DNA from: Octopus sinensis
Lineage: Eukaryota
Direction: 5' to 3'
DNA length: 64,000 nt
Assembly (NCBI RefSeq): GCF_006345805.1
Contig: NC_043018.1
Location: 558,001 to 622,000, forward strand
Shown in pieces: positions 41,065 through 54,150 of this stretch. The notes beneath the pieces were generated by a model. It saw nothing but the letters and a program-made list of their open reading frames with translations. It ran no database searches and was not told the DNA's origin. The translations under genes and the position numbers were made by a program. Each line of letters begins with the position of its first letter. Positions within the stretch are counted from its first letter, which is position 1.

Positions 41065-41147
41065 CTTTCCTGATGAGAAGACGGCATAATGCACCCTTTA
41101 TTCCTTCGGAATTAAGAATATGCAGTCTTCGAAACATGTGTTGAAAG
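41065..41147 (+). ncRNA. Type I hammerhead ribozyme motif, canonical core
   Basis: CUUUC-CUGAUGA-GAAGAC...GUCUUC-GAAAC-AUGU-GUU^GAAAG: 5-bp stem I, 6-bp stem II extended by GCAUA/UAUGC, and a short stem III containing the palindrome ACAUGU. Confidence 0.8.
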
Positions 41148-41192
41148 TAAAGGAATTTTGTTAAAATCTTCGTTTGACTCCATTCTTTCATT

Positions 41193-41261
<69 letters not shown>

Positions 41262-41281
41262 CGATACAGATATATACATAC

Positions 41282-41318
<37 letters not shown>

Positions 41319-41699
41319 CATACATACACACATATACAGATAGGGAAAGGAAGAGGGAGAAAGAGACCCAGACACACATAAGCACGCACACACAGACACG
41401 TGTGTGATTCAACTCGCTCTACAAAGCTAAATAAGCAAACTGTCTTTATGTTAAAATTTACAAAGAATATTTGATAAAATCCAGTTTATCTTGTTTTATT
41501 AATCAGGTTTCTGTGAAACATGAGAAATTTTCTTAGTAAACAAACTCACAATTTCCCCCATCATGTTGGAATATATATATGTATATATATATATAATATA
41601 TATATATATATAGTTATTTATTTATATCTATTTATTTTCTTTCTGCATATTATATCAGACGATGAAATCGTAATTCACATTGATTGGTGCTGAAAATTT

Positions 41700-42890
41700 G
41701 ATCAATAAATACAAAGCAATTTTATCAGCCGAAGGAATTTTTTTCTCCTGGTGGAAAGCCAAAATATTTCAAGAGACACTTCCTCAAATTTGATTGTTAG
41801 TCTAAGATTACTAGAAATGGATGCCAACAATCCAACTTCGTCTATTTGATATCCAAAATCAGTCAAAGTTACCAGGAAAGTGTTTCAAATTTATTCATAT
41901 TACACTTTAGTGGTAGGAAATAAAAGCTACATTTTTCTCGAGATTTATCATATGTTCGATAGCGATAGATATCAGAGATATTTCGAAACCACCATTCTTG
42001 GTTTACTTTTCCGGGAAATTACGTTTTCCTGATATTCTTTTAGTTTCTCTGCCGATTATGCCGTATCTTCGTTTTTACGTTGAATACATCTGTTCAGGTT
42101 ATTAAGATGCTGAATCCTTGTCAAATATTCAGGTTTTGAAATGCATACGCTGCTTTGAAGATGATCATAACGTCTTCGCTTTATATCTTGAAGAAGAAAT
42201 GCGTACAGATCTTTTCATAGATCATGCACAGGACAGACCAGCTTCCAACTTGGCAATATTCGCATTTTTAGTGGGCGAATGTTAAAAACTGTGCTTCGAT
42301 GCATGTCCATACTGAATTTTTGAAACAAACGAGTTATTAATGCTCTGCTTTTAATAAAATTAATCATTTCGGGAAATTGATTTAGGACGTGTTTCATTTA
42401 AACTCCTCGTGATTTTGCAATCAAAGCTTGTCTCAATCGAAAGCAGCGAGTTTTAATAACATCCGCATTTTGCTTTGTAACTAGTGGTGGAAGGCCTTTC
42501 ATGCAGCCTATCACAGGATGAATTCTATGGGTACAAATACCGACTTATTACATTCCTTTTAATTCGCATTTTTCACTACAGTTATTTGAAATATTAAAAG
42601 ACAAATGTCTCTCTCTTTTGTAGTGTCTAGAATTTCTATGCAACAGGAAGTTGAATAAAGTAAAACAAAAATGATTTTCAATTAATCACCATCAAAATAC
42701 AAATGATTTTCTTTCGGAGTTCTTTTGTGATAATGTCAGCTGTCTAATAAAATTGAGTAAAGAAATTTGAGTGCTGAAACTTATAACAGCATACATTAAA
42801 TTTGATGACAACAGACAAGATAAAAAGCACTCCTTCAATCCAGTAGATATGTATAATTTAAGAAAGGAATGTTTTTCTTTCAAAAAGTAG
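41700..42890 (-). pseudogene. Decayed hAT (Buster/Charlie-like) transposase
   Basis: Minus strand GICT...GCMKG...DVIKTRCF...ALIAKS..MKHVLNQFPEMINFIKSRALITRLF matches the hAT C(2)H region and NFIKSR motif. Ends approximate. Confidence 0.75.
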
Positions 42891-43194
42891 TATTCTCTTG
42901 ATAGTCTAAAAGAAAAAAAAAATTGACACTCGAATTTATTTATCCACCTAACTATTATTCTGTCTCTCTATCTATCTGTCTATCTGTCTGTCTCTATCTC
43001 TTTATGTCTCTCTCGCGCTCTCCCACCCGTCTCACTCTCTCTCTCTCTCTTTCTTAATCTAACCATGTTATTAATCTGACTATATGCGCGTGTCTCTCTC
43101 CCTCTTTTTTCCTCTCTTTCTTTTTCCCTATATATGCATAGGCATACTCATATTCCTGCATTCATAAATATATTCATTTATGCATGTATATGTG

Positions 43195-43239
<45 letters not shown>

Positions 43240-43242
<3 letters not shown>

Positions 43243-43380
43243 TAAAAAGCTTACTTCTCGAATACATGCTTCCGTGTCACTGTCTGGCATCTCGAGCAAG
43301 CCTCTTCAACTATAACCTTTGGTCGATTACAGCCTTGAGTGCATCTGTTAGACGGAAACTGGAAAAAGCCCGTTGTGTAT
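43240..43380 (+). mobile_element. Degenerate SINE B 5' half
   Basis: GTGTGGTAAAAAGCTT...TTAGACGGAAACTGGAAAAAGCCCG. Confidence 0.65.
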
Positions 43381-43400
43381 ATGTATGTATGTATGTATAC

Positions 43401-43494
<94 letters not shown>

Positions 43495-43650
43495 CGAGAA
43501 GCTTTATGAAAATAAACAAAAGACGAAGGCAGGTGGAGTACAAACAAACAATTGTATTAGTATGGCGCTCAGGAATATAAATAAAACAAGTCTGTTACGT
43601 TTCGAGCCTACGCTCTTCAACAGAAAGATACACAGAAAAGAAACGTGTAT
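43495..43650 (-). mobile_element. PLE-type terminal fragment with mutated hammerhead (43591-43628)
   Basis: Minus strand UCUUU-CUGUUGA-A-GAGC-GUAG-GCUC-GAAAC-GUA-ACAGA; core A6 is changed to U. Confidence 0.6.
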
Positions 43651-43690
43651 GTATGTATATACCCATATATATATATACATATATATACAC

Positions 43691-43721
<31 letters not shown>

Positions 43722-43789
43722 AATGCATATGCCTGTGTGTTTGTGTATGGATTTGGATGTGAGTGTAAACATGTACGTCAATGTGCTGT

Positions 43790-44030
43790 GTAAACGTGTA
43801 TCTGTAAGTGTCTTTGAGTCTGTGTTTGTCCCCCACCGCCTCAACTAATGCTGGCCTCAATTTGGCCCCCCCACCCCCAATAACATAGCGTGTCGGCAAG
43901 AGAGATCCCGATGGAAGGAGAACAAGGCTTCAAAAACGGAAATGTCCTCGGGTCGATTTGTTTGCATAAAACCCTTTCAGACCGCCCAACATGGCTGGAG
44001 TCGAATGACTGAAACAAGTAAAAGATAAAA
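43790..44030 (+). mobile_element. Degenerate SINE B 3' half
   Basis: TGTGTTTGTCCCCC...GGGTCGATTTG...GAATGACTGAAACAAGTAAAAG. Confidence 0.6.
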
Positions 44031-44351
44031 GATATATATATATATAGATGTATGTGTGTGCATTTGTGTGTGTATGTGGGAGCTTATGAGTGAGGAGATG
44101 TGCGTATGTGAGTGTGTATATGTGCATTTATGTATATACATATTTTCATATGGAGACGTTTCACGGTGAAATCGACGTTTAGGCTGAATTTGATAGCGAT
44201 TGTTAGATGAAAACTTCGAAGTCACTGACGAGGCTTTCCTTGTAAAATTTAATAAAATATCCACTTTCATTTTGAACCACACCTCACTTCCATATGAAAT
44301 CATTTTATACATAACTTTGCATACACAATTTTCTTTTAAATTGCCGCACAC

Positions 44352-44393
<42 letters not shown>

Positions 44394-44989
44394 CTACACA
44401 CATACAAAGATGTGTATCGTATTTATGCAATTATATTTCGAAGAAGATGTAACATTTCATTAAAATCATTTTACTTTGTTTATACCGCGTGACACTGACA
44501 CAAAGCAATCCATTTCTGAACCAGTTAACTAGTCTTGAGTCGACGTCTGATCAATTAGGCAAAGAGTTCTCTCTTCCAGAATTCATGAATGATAATGATA
44601 TTAACAACCAACAATATCGATAGTTTTCTCAAAGATTGAAGATAACGTTTTTACCCAAAAAAATGGGCAATTTTATTTCACCATGAACACGCACATACAC
44701 TTATACGTATTCGTGCATATGTACTACCACGTTTTGTCGCTCTCTCTCTCACTTTCTATCTATCTCTATCTCTCTCTGTACACACATATATATATATGCA
44801 TGCATGTATGTACATTTATGCATAGTAAACATACAAATAAACGCGGTTCAAAAGGTTTTCCTCCTACGCTACATCTATCGATTCAAATTATCTATATAGT
44901 TTTGATAACGAAATTGAATCACAACAAACGTTAAAACAACACAGATTTTAGGAGTAGCACTAATATTAACAAAAATAACAATAGCAATT

Positions 44990-45078
44990 ACAACGCCAGT
45001 AAGAAAAAAAATATCAACAGCATTAAAGTAATAATAACATTTATTATCGTTGACGCCATTGTTAATATTACTATTATT

Positions 45079-45159
<81 letters not shown>

Positions 45160-45187
45160 GTTATCATTATTATCATTATTATTATTA

Positions 45188-45224
<37 letters not shown>

Positions 45225-45232
45225 CATTATTA

Positions 45233-45308
<76 letters not shown>

Positions 45309-45390
45309 CATTATTATCATTATTATTATTATTATTATTATTATATTATTATTATTATCATTATTATCATTATTATTATTATTTTTATTA

Positions 45391-45421
<31 letters not shown>

Positions 45422-45432
45422 TATTATTATTA

Positions 45433-45494
<62 letters not shown>

Positions 45495-45531
45495 ATTATT
45501 ATTATTATTATTATTATTATTTTTATTACTA

Positions 45532-45565
<34 letters not shown>
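44990..45565. repeat. Long imperfect (TTA)n/(TCA)n tract
   Basis: Direct reading. Confidence 0.95.
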
Positions 45566-45566
<1 letters not shown>

Positions 45567-45849
45567 AAATCTTTAGCAGCATCAATAGCAGAAGCACCAG
45601 CAGCAGCAGCAACAGCAGCAGCAGCAACAATAGCATCACTATTATGGGTAGATAATATGTAGATACAGAAACTAACGCCACGGATTGCATTGAAATTTAT
45701 TAAAAAAATTGTTAAATTGAATGACTTTTATGTTATTATTTAAATGCAGTTACAAATATATCCTAATACATTCCAAAGTGCTGCTAAAAGGTATATATCA
45801 AAGCTGTTCGTTTCTATATACGTACACAAATGCATGCATACATATATAA

Positions 45850-45884
<35 letters not shown>

Positions 45885-45974
45885 GTTTTATAGATAACTA
45901 AAATTATACAGACAAATGCATCACCCGATAGAAACTTGTATATGTATATATATATATATATAATATATATATAT

Positions 45975-46009
<35 letters not shown>

Positions 46010-46024
46010 ATGTATGCATGTATG

Positions 46025-46055
<31 letters not shown>

Positions 46056-46078
46056 GTGTGTGTGTATGTGTGTGTATG

Positions 46079-46141
<63 letters not shown>

Positions 46142-46184
46142 ATATGTATATGTATATATATATATGTGTGTGTGTATGTGTGTG

Positions 46185-46261
<77 letters not shown>

Positions 46262-46379
46262 ATGTATATATGTATATGTATATATATATATGTGTGTGTG
46301 TATGTGTGTGTATGTATGTATATATATATATATATTATATATATATATTATATATATATAACTGGACAATGTTTACCAA

Positions 46380-47200
46380 TGGGAAATTGATTCATTTATT
46401 CCGAGGAGTATGGATGAAGAAAAAAAAAGCTCTAAAGATAGATAAAACTGTGAAAGAGTAACAATAAAATGACTCCATGTTCCAAATTAATTGAATAGAA
46501 AAAAAGCGGACGAGTTTCATCATATAGACATCAACTCAGAGGGAGCAGTAACATTTTGCCGCGTAAACACAAGCACCTTCTATGCATCTTATGCTGTAAT
46601 CTACATTTCTAGTTCTATATTTAATGCCACGGCTAATCCTACATACCATGCAGTTATCATTGGTGCATATGGTATTCTCAGAGGGGTACATCTTACATAG
46701 TTGTGATCTGACTGAGCTCCCTGACTTTTCAACAATCTTAATGTTGCGTTTGGTCTCCAGCAGAGTTTTCTAAATCTACAGGCTAGTTCTCCAGGGGCTG
46801 TGGTCTCTACAAACATCACTCCTTGATATTTGTCGGTTTTATATTACTTGATCACCGTGTTTGCTTTGTCAAAAGTTCTTTGTATTCTATTTCATTCATT
46901 GTTTCTATATCTGGGGCAGATACCACTGGTATCATTACGTATAATATTATCTAATTTCTTTCTAGCACTCCTGTATACTCTAACAATATCGTCTTTTGTA
47001 TATGTCTCTTTCAAATGTATACTCCAAAGATTCAAGGAAATGAGATCAGATAGTAATACTATGAGAAACCAGGAACGTCGACATGTAGATTTATGGGAAT
47101 AAAACAATGCAACATTGGCACTGGTTCCGTATTATGTTTCATAACTCAAAGAATAAAATGAGACCTTCGGCGGAGTAAGTTATACATTGTTTCAATTACA
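46380..47200 (-). pseudogene. Possible decayed PLE C-terminal region
   Basis: Weak echoes (YTKDDIVRVYRSARKKLD; FTRQNVTAPSELM) and a degenerate hammerhead-like CCGCCGAAGG...GAAAC near 47140-47175. Confidence 0.3.
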
Positions 47201-47290
47201 TATTATTTCACTTTCAATAATCTAAATTTTATATTGTTCCAATTGAAATACTTTCGCTTTTATTCTTTCGCTATGCGTATATACATGTAT

Positions 47291-47329
47291 ATATCCTATT
47301 CTTCGGGTATCTCTTTTGTATATATATAT

Positions 47330-47374
<45 letters not shown>

Positions 47375-47526
47375 TATATTATATATATATATTATATATA
47401 TATATATACATATACACACACATACATATATATATATACATATACACACACATACATATATATACATATATATATACTTTTCTATGTATTTATATACATG
47501 TATATATATGTATGCGTGTGTATATG

Positions 47527-47558
<32 letters not shown>

Positions 47559-47570
47559 CGTATATGTATG

Positions 47571-47602
<32 letters not shown>

Positions 47603-47700
47603 AAAGGGATACCCGAAGAATAGGATATCTGACTCGCTAGAAAGGGCAGTTAAAACTCCAACCCATCAGATATCCTATTCTTCGGGTATCACTTTTGTGT
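47291..47700. repeat. Triplicated ~30-bp PLE-like segment (forward, inverted, forward)
   Basis: ATATCCTATTCTTCGGGTATC at about 47291 and 47669, inverse at 47599-47628. The inverse reads [15 protein letters not shown], similar to the PLE thumb GYP motif. Confidence 0.8.
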
Positions 47701-47821
47701 TTGAACATACACTGTTTTCTTCTTTGAATAATATATAGACAATTGACTATTTTTTTCTGGTAAATAAGAATTTTTCTATGAATATTCTTGCTACCTTAAG
47801 ATTTTAATTAATGATAAACTG

Positions 47822-47889
<68 letters not shown>

Positions 47890-47893
<4 letters not shown>

Positions 47894-47990
47894 TATATTC
47901 ATATTGTCATTCAATGCTCGTAATTAGGAGTAGATAGACAGCTAACGACTACTGAAGTGTCGTTCTTTGTGTTACATCCTGTACACACAC

Positions 47991-48051
<61 letters not shown>

Positions 48052-48290
48052 GTATATATATATATATGGGTGTGTGTGTGTATGTGTATATATATATGTA
48101 CAGGATGTAACCACAGTAAACAACATGAAATACGAAAACAAATGAGTTCAATAGGCAAACAACGAGTGAAACACATGGAAAACAGGGCAAGTAACACAAA
48201 GAACGACACTTCAGCAGTCGTTAGCTGTCTATCTACTCCTAATTAGGAGCATTGAATGACAATATAAGTATACCTATATATATATATATA
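47890..48290. repeat. Nested inverted repeats within a (TA)n tract
   Basis: 47890-47975 is the reverse complement of about 48190-48280, and GTTACATCCTGTAC is inverted at 48098-48111. Confidence 0.85.
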
Positions 48291-48330
48291 TATAAACATT
48301 TTATCATTAATTAAAATTTTAAGGTAGCAA

Positions 48331-48366
<36 letters not shown>

Positions 48367-48383
48367 GTATATACTTATGTATG

Positions 48384-48432
<49 letters not shown>

Positions 48433-48682
48433 AGAATATATATATATGTATGTATGTAAGTATAAATATGTATATATATGCAGACATACATGCATACAGA
48501 TAGATAGATGTGCGTGAGCTTTCGAGGGTCATCAGTAAGAGATTCTGCTTTACCAAATTCCAATCTGAATGCAATATGCGAACACATTAAAGGTATAATA
48601 GAAACTTTGCCCACGATTCCGCACACATACACCCGAACCCAGAAAATATACAAACCTACGCATGCGTACACTCACCCACACA

Positions 48683-48730
<48 letters not shown>

Positions 48731-49459
48731 CAACCGTGCCTTCTTCGTACAACACTGCATTATTCATTGGCGTATCCGTAGGTACCATGTGTATTTTATT
48801 TCACAAGTTGTTATTCCAAACAATTATGCTTATTCAAGTGTATGTATGGCTTTATATGAAATGCTGTCTGCTTTCAGAAATAATTATTCACTGCTCAATG
48901 GAACCACGTTATTGTTGTATTCAACTGGGGTATATCAATTAATATACTAATAGAATATTTAGTTAATGATATTTACGCTACTGATGTAATTGCTTAAATC
49001 TTTGCTTGAATAATAAATCCTCATGGTTTCTGTGGAAACGTTTAAATATTTAATGCTTCTTTTGTTCATTGAAGTCATTTGAAGCTGTGTACGGTGAGCT
49101 AAACATTGAGCTGAACAAAAACAGCATCCACTACGCCCGTCTCTTTAATAAACGCCCAATCAGTGTTAACGAAGAGGGGACAATCAAGCACTGAATCAGC
49201 AGAGATTGTTCTAATTTACTGCCTTCGTTTTAATGTTTACTAAACACGCTTCGGTCTGTCAATAAGGCCTCCCGTGGATACCTGAATATTAAAACGTAAA
49301 AGGTATTCGCATCTCACCGGGCCAGGTAGATTAACAGCTTTTCATATCTGTGCATTCTTCCTGGTTCAATATATGAACTGATGAATATGTATATGTGTAT
49401 GTGTATGTGTATGTATATATATATATATATTTCTATATTTTTATTTATATATTTATATA

Positions 49460-49499
<40 letters not shown>

Positions 49500-49702
49500 A
49501 ATATATAATATATATATATATATGTATATATATATGTATATATATTGGCCGTGATCTAGTAATCTCAAGATTAATCAGCCGAAATTACTACGATGATCCG
49601 GTTCTTGACTGAAGACTGAGGGTTTCGAATGTCCTGTCCGTGTTTATTGTATCGTCTTCTTGAGTTATACGTTCTTGTCCATGTTGTATTTTTCTACATA
49701 CC

Positions 49703-49753
<51 letters not shown>

Positions 49754-49899
49754 TCGTACGTATGTATTTGTCTGTAATTTCCAGAAATGTCAGGCAACAT
49801 AAGGGCGTGGGAAAACTGTGGTAATAATGAATTACATCGGAAATTAAATCCAAGTGAGATTTACATTTTGTAGCACAAATGTTAATCTGGGATTTGAAG

Positions 49900-49966
49900 A
49901 GGTAGTAGTAGTAGCAGTAGCAGTAGTAGTAGTAGTAGTAATAGTAGTAGTAGTAGTAGTAGTAGC

Positions 49967-50002
<36 letters not shown>

Positions 50003-50195
50003 GGTGGTGGTGGTAGAAGCAGCAGCAGCTGCAGTAGTGGTAGTAGTGGTAGTAGTGGTGGTGGTGGTGGTAGAAGCAGCAGCAGCTGCAGTAGTGGTAG
50101 TAGTGGTAGTAGTGGTGGTGGTGGTGGTGGTGGTAGAAGCAGCAGCAGCTGCAGTAGTGGTAGTAGTGGTAGTAGTGGTGGTGGTGGTAGCACCA
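49900..50195. repeat. Compound (TAG)/(TGG)/(GCA) microsatellite with 3 higher-order units
   Basis: GTGGTAGAAGCAGCAGCAGCTGCAGTAGTGGTAGTAGTGGTAG occurs three times. Confidence 0.9.
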
Positions 50196-51000
50196 CTCAC
50201 AAGATTGCACCTAGAAAGTTCCCTTTCTTCTAATTGGTATAAGGCATGATATTTTGTGTGTGTGGAGAACGCTCGATTAGATAAACCTCTAGCGTTCAAC
50301 TGGTACCTATTTCTCTGACCCCCCCCCCATAAGGTAAGGTCGACCTCGGTAGAATTTGAACTCAGAATGTACACGGGCGTGGGTTGTTTGGTAAGAAGGT
50401 TGCTTCCCAACCACATCGGTCCAGGTTAAGTTGCACTACGTATCACCTTCAGCAGGTGTCTTCTGTTATAGCTTCAGGGTGGCCAATGCATTGTAAGGTG
50501 TGTGTGTGTGTGCGTGTGTCTATCTATTATATAAAATCCGTTCTGTCTGCCTGTGTGTATGTGTGTGCCTTCTAGGATCTGGGGCATCCTGCATCCAGTT
50601 GCGCTCAAATTCGATACGGACTGCATCAGGGCGTGTATAAGTCTTGACAAAATTACAAAAATCGATTTCAGGTGAGAATGCAATCGATAAAATGAATAAA
50701 ATCGTTTTTCTTTTGAATAGGAAAACGTCTATCTTTATTTTTTCTTTTGCTGGTGTCTCAAGTTTAGGTTAAATCAGTATTTCTCAAAGGGGAGGCCTAT
50801 GGGACGGTTGCTCAAGTTGTTTTGAGAAAAATTGGTTTAAATATTTGACAACCAGCACCGTCCATTGGACGGGGGGCGTTCTGCTCGTACATATATAATT
50901 ATATATATATATAATTAAATAAGGGTAGGAATTGATATTAATCAATTAAAACCAGTAGCCTAGCATATGAAAAACATCCGAAGATTAAAATATTTTTTAC

Positions 51001-51189
51001 ATACAAAATTTAAAGGACTGACTACTAAAAGTGGACGGTCAATATGCTAGATATAGACGTCAAAATCGCTATTTTCCACGAAGAATGGGTTCTCAAGAAA
51101 AAATTCAGTTTTTTCTTGGAAAATAGCGATTTTGACGTCTATATCTAGCATATTGACCGTCCACTTTTAGCGGTCAGTCCTTTAAATTT

Positions 51190-51194
<5 letters not shown>
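51001..51194. repeat. Hairpin with 78-bp arms within a (TA)n-flanked insert
   Basis: 51001-51078 versus 51117-51194, 2 mismatches. Confidence 0.9.
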
Positions 51195-51244
<50 letters not shown>

Positions 51245-51966
51245 GAAATCTACAGAAAAACAAAAGACGAAGACATGTGTATAATCAACAAGCAGATGTT
51301 TTAGTTACTGCTGACCATTTCGCCCGACGTACTAACGATTCTGCCAGCTCACCGCCTTATATGTAAAATTAATGATATAGTGGCTAAGAAAATGTTAAGT
51401 TAAAGTTGAATGACTTGTTACGAACTTGATTTGTGTTAGAAGAAAATAGAAAGGTTCGCTGAAACCAAGGAATGATGGATTTTCCGCGTACATTATAGCA
51501 AGCTTTCCAAATACGTTATAAACTGTGACAAAACAACAAGCAGTGTGCACCTGTAACCACTTCACTTATTCCGTTAGTATTTATATATAGTATTCTAACA
51601 TCATTTCTATACGCCTGTAAATAATGCTGTATATGTGTATTGCTGTGGAATTTTCATTATCGACAAACTAATATCTAGATGTTCATATACAATTAGCTGT
51701 AGGGCACAGAGATAAAATAGCAATTAATATTTTCATTTCCTTTCGTATTTCCTACTTGAAAATGAACATTTACAGACGCACAGAGACACACATTCATAAA
51801 CATGTGTAGATGCATAAAAATCGTTTAGTTGACATTGTGCAAAGGAATGTATTGAAAAATCACCAAGTGAGCGAATTATAATTTTTACGAATCCTACAAA
51901 TTTTAGTCAAATATGGGAGTTGCACTTACCAAGGAAAAACATGTTAAAATATAGTTTTGCACCCCT

Positions 51967-52033
<67 letters not shown>

Positions 52034-52044
52034 ATCTATCTCTT

Positions 52045-52118
<74 letters not shown>

Positions 52119-52669
52119 TAGATACATAGATAAATAGATATAAGCTAAATAGTCATGAATTATACGTGAAAATATGTACGCTCCCGTATGTGTGATTGTT
52201 TGTGCAATATACATATACAGGAAGAAGGGAGATAATAAAGTCCTGATGATCCCAAAACGAAGGTGTGTGTGCGTGTGTGCATGTGAGAGATTGCAAGTGT
52301 GTGCATATGGATAGGGGCTGGTGACTTTGACGTGTGGATGTGTGCGTCTGTAATATGCCTGTGTGTGGATGATGGTGTTGGCGCTGGGAAGTGGTCAGTG
52401 CAAGTGTATAAGTAGTGGTGTTGGGGTGATGTGATGTGGTGGTGCAGTGTTGTTTGGTGTGGTGTGGTTTGGCGGTGTTGAGGTGTGAGGATGTGAGGGT
52501 GTGGATGTGGGTTTGGGGGAGTATTTGAGGGTGAAAATGTGGGGTTGGGTGATGATATGGGGTAGGGTGGGGTGGACGGAGTTGGTATCAATGAAGGGAA
52601 TAGGCGGGTAGGTGTGAAGAGAAGTAGGTGCCAGATGAAGAGAGGAGATGAAGAATGGAGAAGAAGTGA

Positions 52670-53330
52670 GAGGATTTGAGTCTATGTGGCGCAAAGGAGC
52701 GAAAAGAGAAGATTAAATCTTGTTCATGGCGAAGGCGGGAGTGCGGACAGTCCTGTGCAAAACAATCCTAACAGAAACTGGTGATGTAATGAATGACCGG
52801 TAGAGCAGAAATGGCGCGAGACCGGGGTATCATTGCTGAGTCTAATGTCTCGAAGGTGCTCCGCGAACCGGTCAGCCAAGCGGCGTCCCGTGTGACCAAT
52901 GTATAGAGAAGGAAGGAAAGAGAAGGAGATGCAGTAAATGACGTTGCTAGAAGTGCAGTTTAGAAAGACAGTGATATGATAGCGACCATGATGGTTGCCT
53001 GTGAGGATGGTGGTGTTGGAGAGGTAGGTGCTAGTGCGGCAGTGTGGGTAGGAGCAGGGGAGCGAGCCAGGCTGTGAAGAGGTGTTCGGGAAGGAACTGT
53101 GGACCAGAAAGTCACGTAGGTTATGGGCTCGTTTGAAAGAGGGAAGGGGTAGGTTGGTGAAGGTGTGCGAAGTGGAGGGGTCGCACTGTAGTCACCGGAA
53201 GGCTCGGAGAATGGTGTGTTTGTGGGGTGGTAGGTGAGTGGGAAACGGGAGACGAGAAACGGCGGGTCGTGTGCTAGGAGAAAGAGAGAGAGAGAATGCA
53301 GTCGACATGTTCTCTGCGGGGTGTAAGAAG
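52670..53330 (-). pseudogene. Penelope-like GIY-YIG endonuclease domain
   Basis: Manual translation NCTSSNVIYCIS...SLYIGHTGRRLADRFAEHLRDIR...PVSRHF..TGHS, then shifted SRLRHEQDLIFSFRSFAPHRLKS. Confidence 0.85.
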
Positions 53331-53559
53331 TGACTAAAAGGGGAAGAAGCGAGGGGACTGGGAGTCCCCTCCTCCCAGAAAATCCATATTCCTAAAACGA
53401 CCGCAAGATTTTCGTATAAAACTGCTTTTATGTTCACTGGTACCCCCATTTACGTGTACGTATATTTAAATATCTTTATATGTTCATTATCAACAAACCA
53501 GGAAATCACCATTATCGCTGGTATATAGATGCATATCTTGCACCAATTTCATAGATCGT

Positions 53560-53873
53560 ATATCCCCACCACTACCTGAGCGACCAGGCTATCAGATGTT
53601 GCTACACATCGCTGGTCACAATGCGCTTCGCATCGTTTTAGCCTTCAAATGACGCCACCCCGCTGGTAAGCGAGCAGGCCAAGAGAAAAAAGTGTGAGAG
53701 AAAGTTGCGGCGAAAGAGTACAGCAGGGATCGCCACCACCCCCTGCCGGAGCCTCTTGGGGCTTTTAGGTGTTTTCGCTCAATAAACACACACAACGCCC
53801 GCTCTGGGAATCGAAACCGCGATCCTATGACCGCGAGTCCGCTGCCCTAACCACTCGGTTATGGCGCCTCCAC
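53560..53873 (-). mobile_element. SINE C head/body with an alternative 3' tail
   Basis: Matches SINE C from about 53690 to 53873. The remainder (GACCAGGCTATCAGATGTTG...CCCCGCTGG) differs from the tail of the other four copies. Confidence 0.75.
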
Positions 53874-54150
53874 AGATCATGTAAACGTAGAGTAGATGAA
53901 ACCATGGCGACTGAAGAAGGGGTTTTTTCTTTGTGCTAATTGTCCTGTACTCTATTTTTTGTTGTTTATAAATATGTCCAGTTCCTTGAGTTTGTGTCTA
54001 TGTTTTCGTTTCTCATTGTGTTCGACGTCTTTTTGGTGTCCTGTACTCATATATGCGTGTATATATACATGTAGAGGTAGGTACGTACATATATGTATAT
54101 ATATATGCATATGTTTTATTTACTAATATATTATATATATATATATATAT

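Noticed and set aside
48512-48536. Minus-strand CUGAUGA-CCCUC-GAAA-GCUC as a hammerhead
   Set aside because: The stem II region cannot pair and there is no stem I complement; at most a decayed remnant.
50520-50700. Helitron-like 5' end (TCTATCTATTATATAAAA...)
   Set aside because: No matching 3' hairpin or CTAG end was identified, so the call is unsupported.
52243-52262. CTGATGATCCCAAAACGAAGG as a hammerhead
   Set aside because: No stem II and no GAAA-stem III-NUH arrangement.
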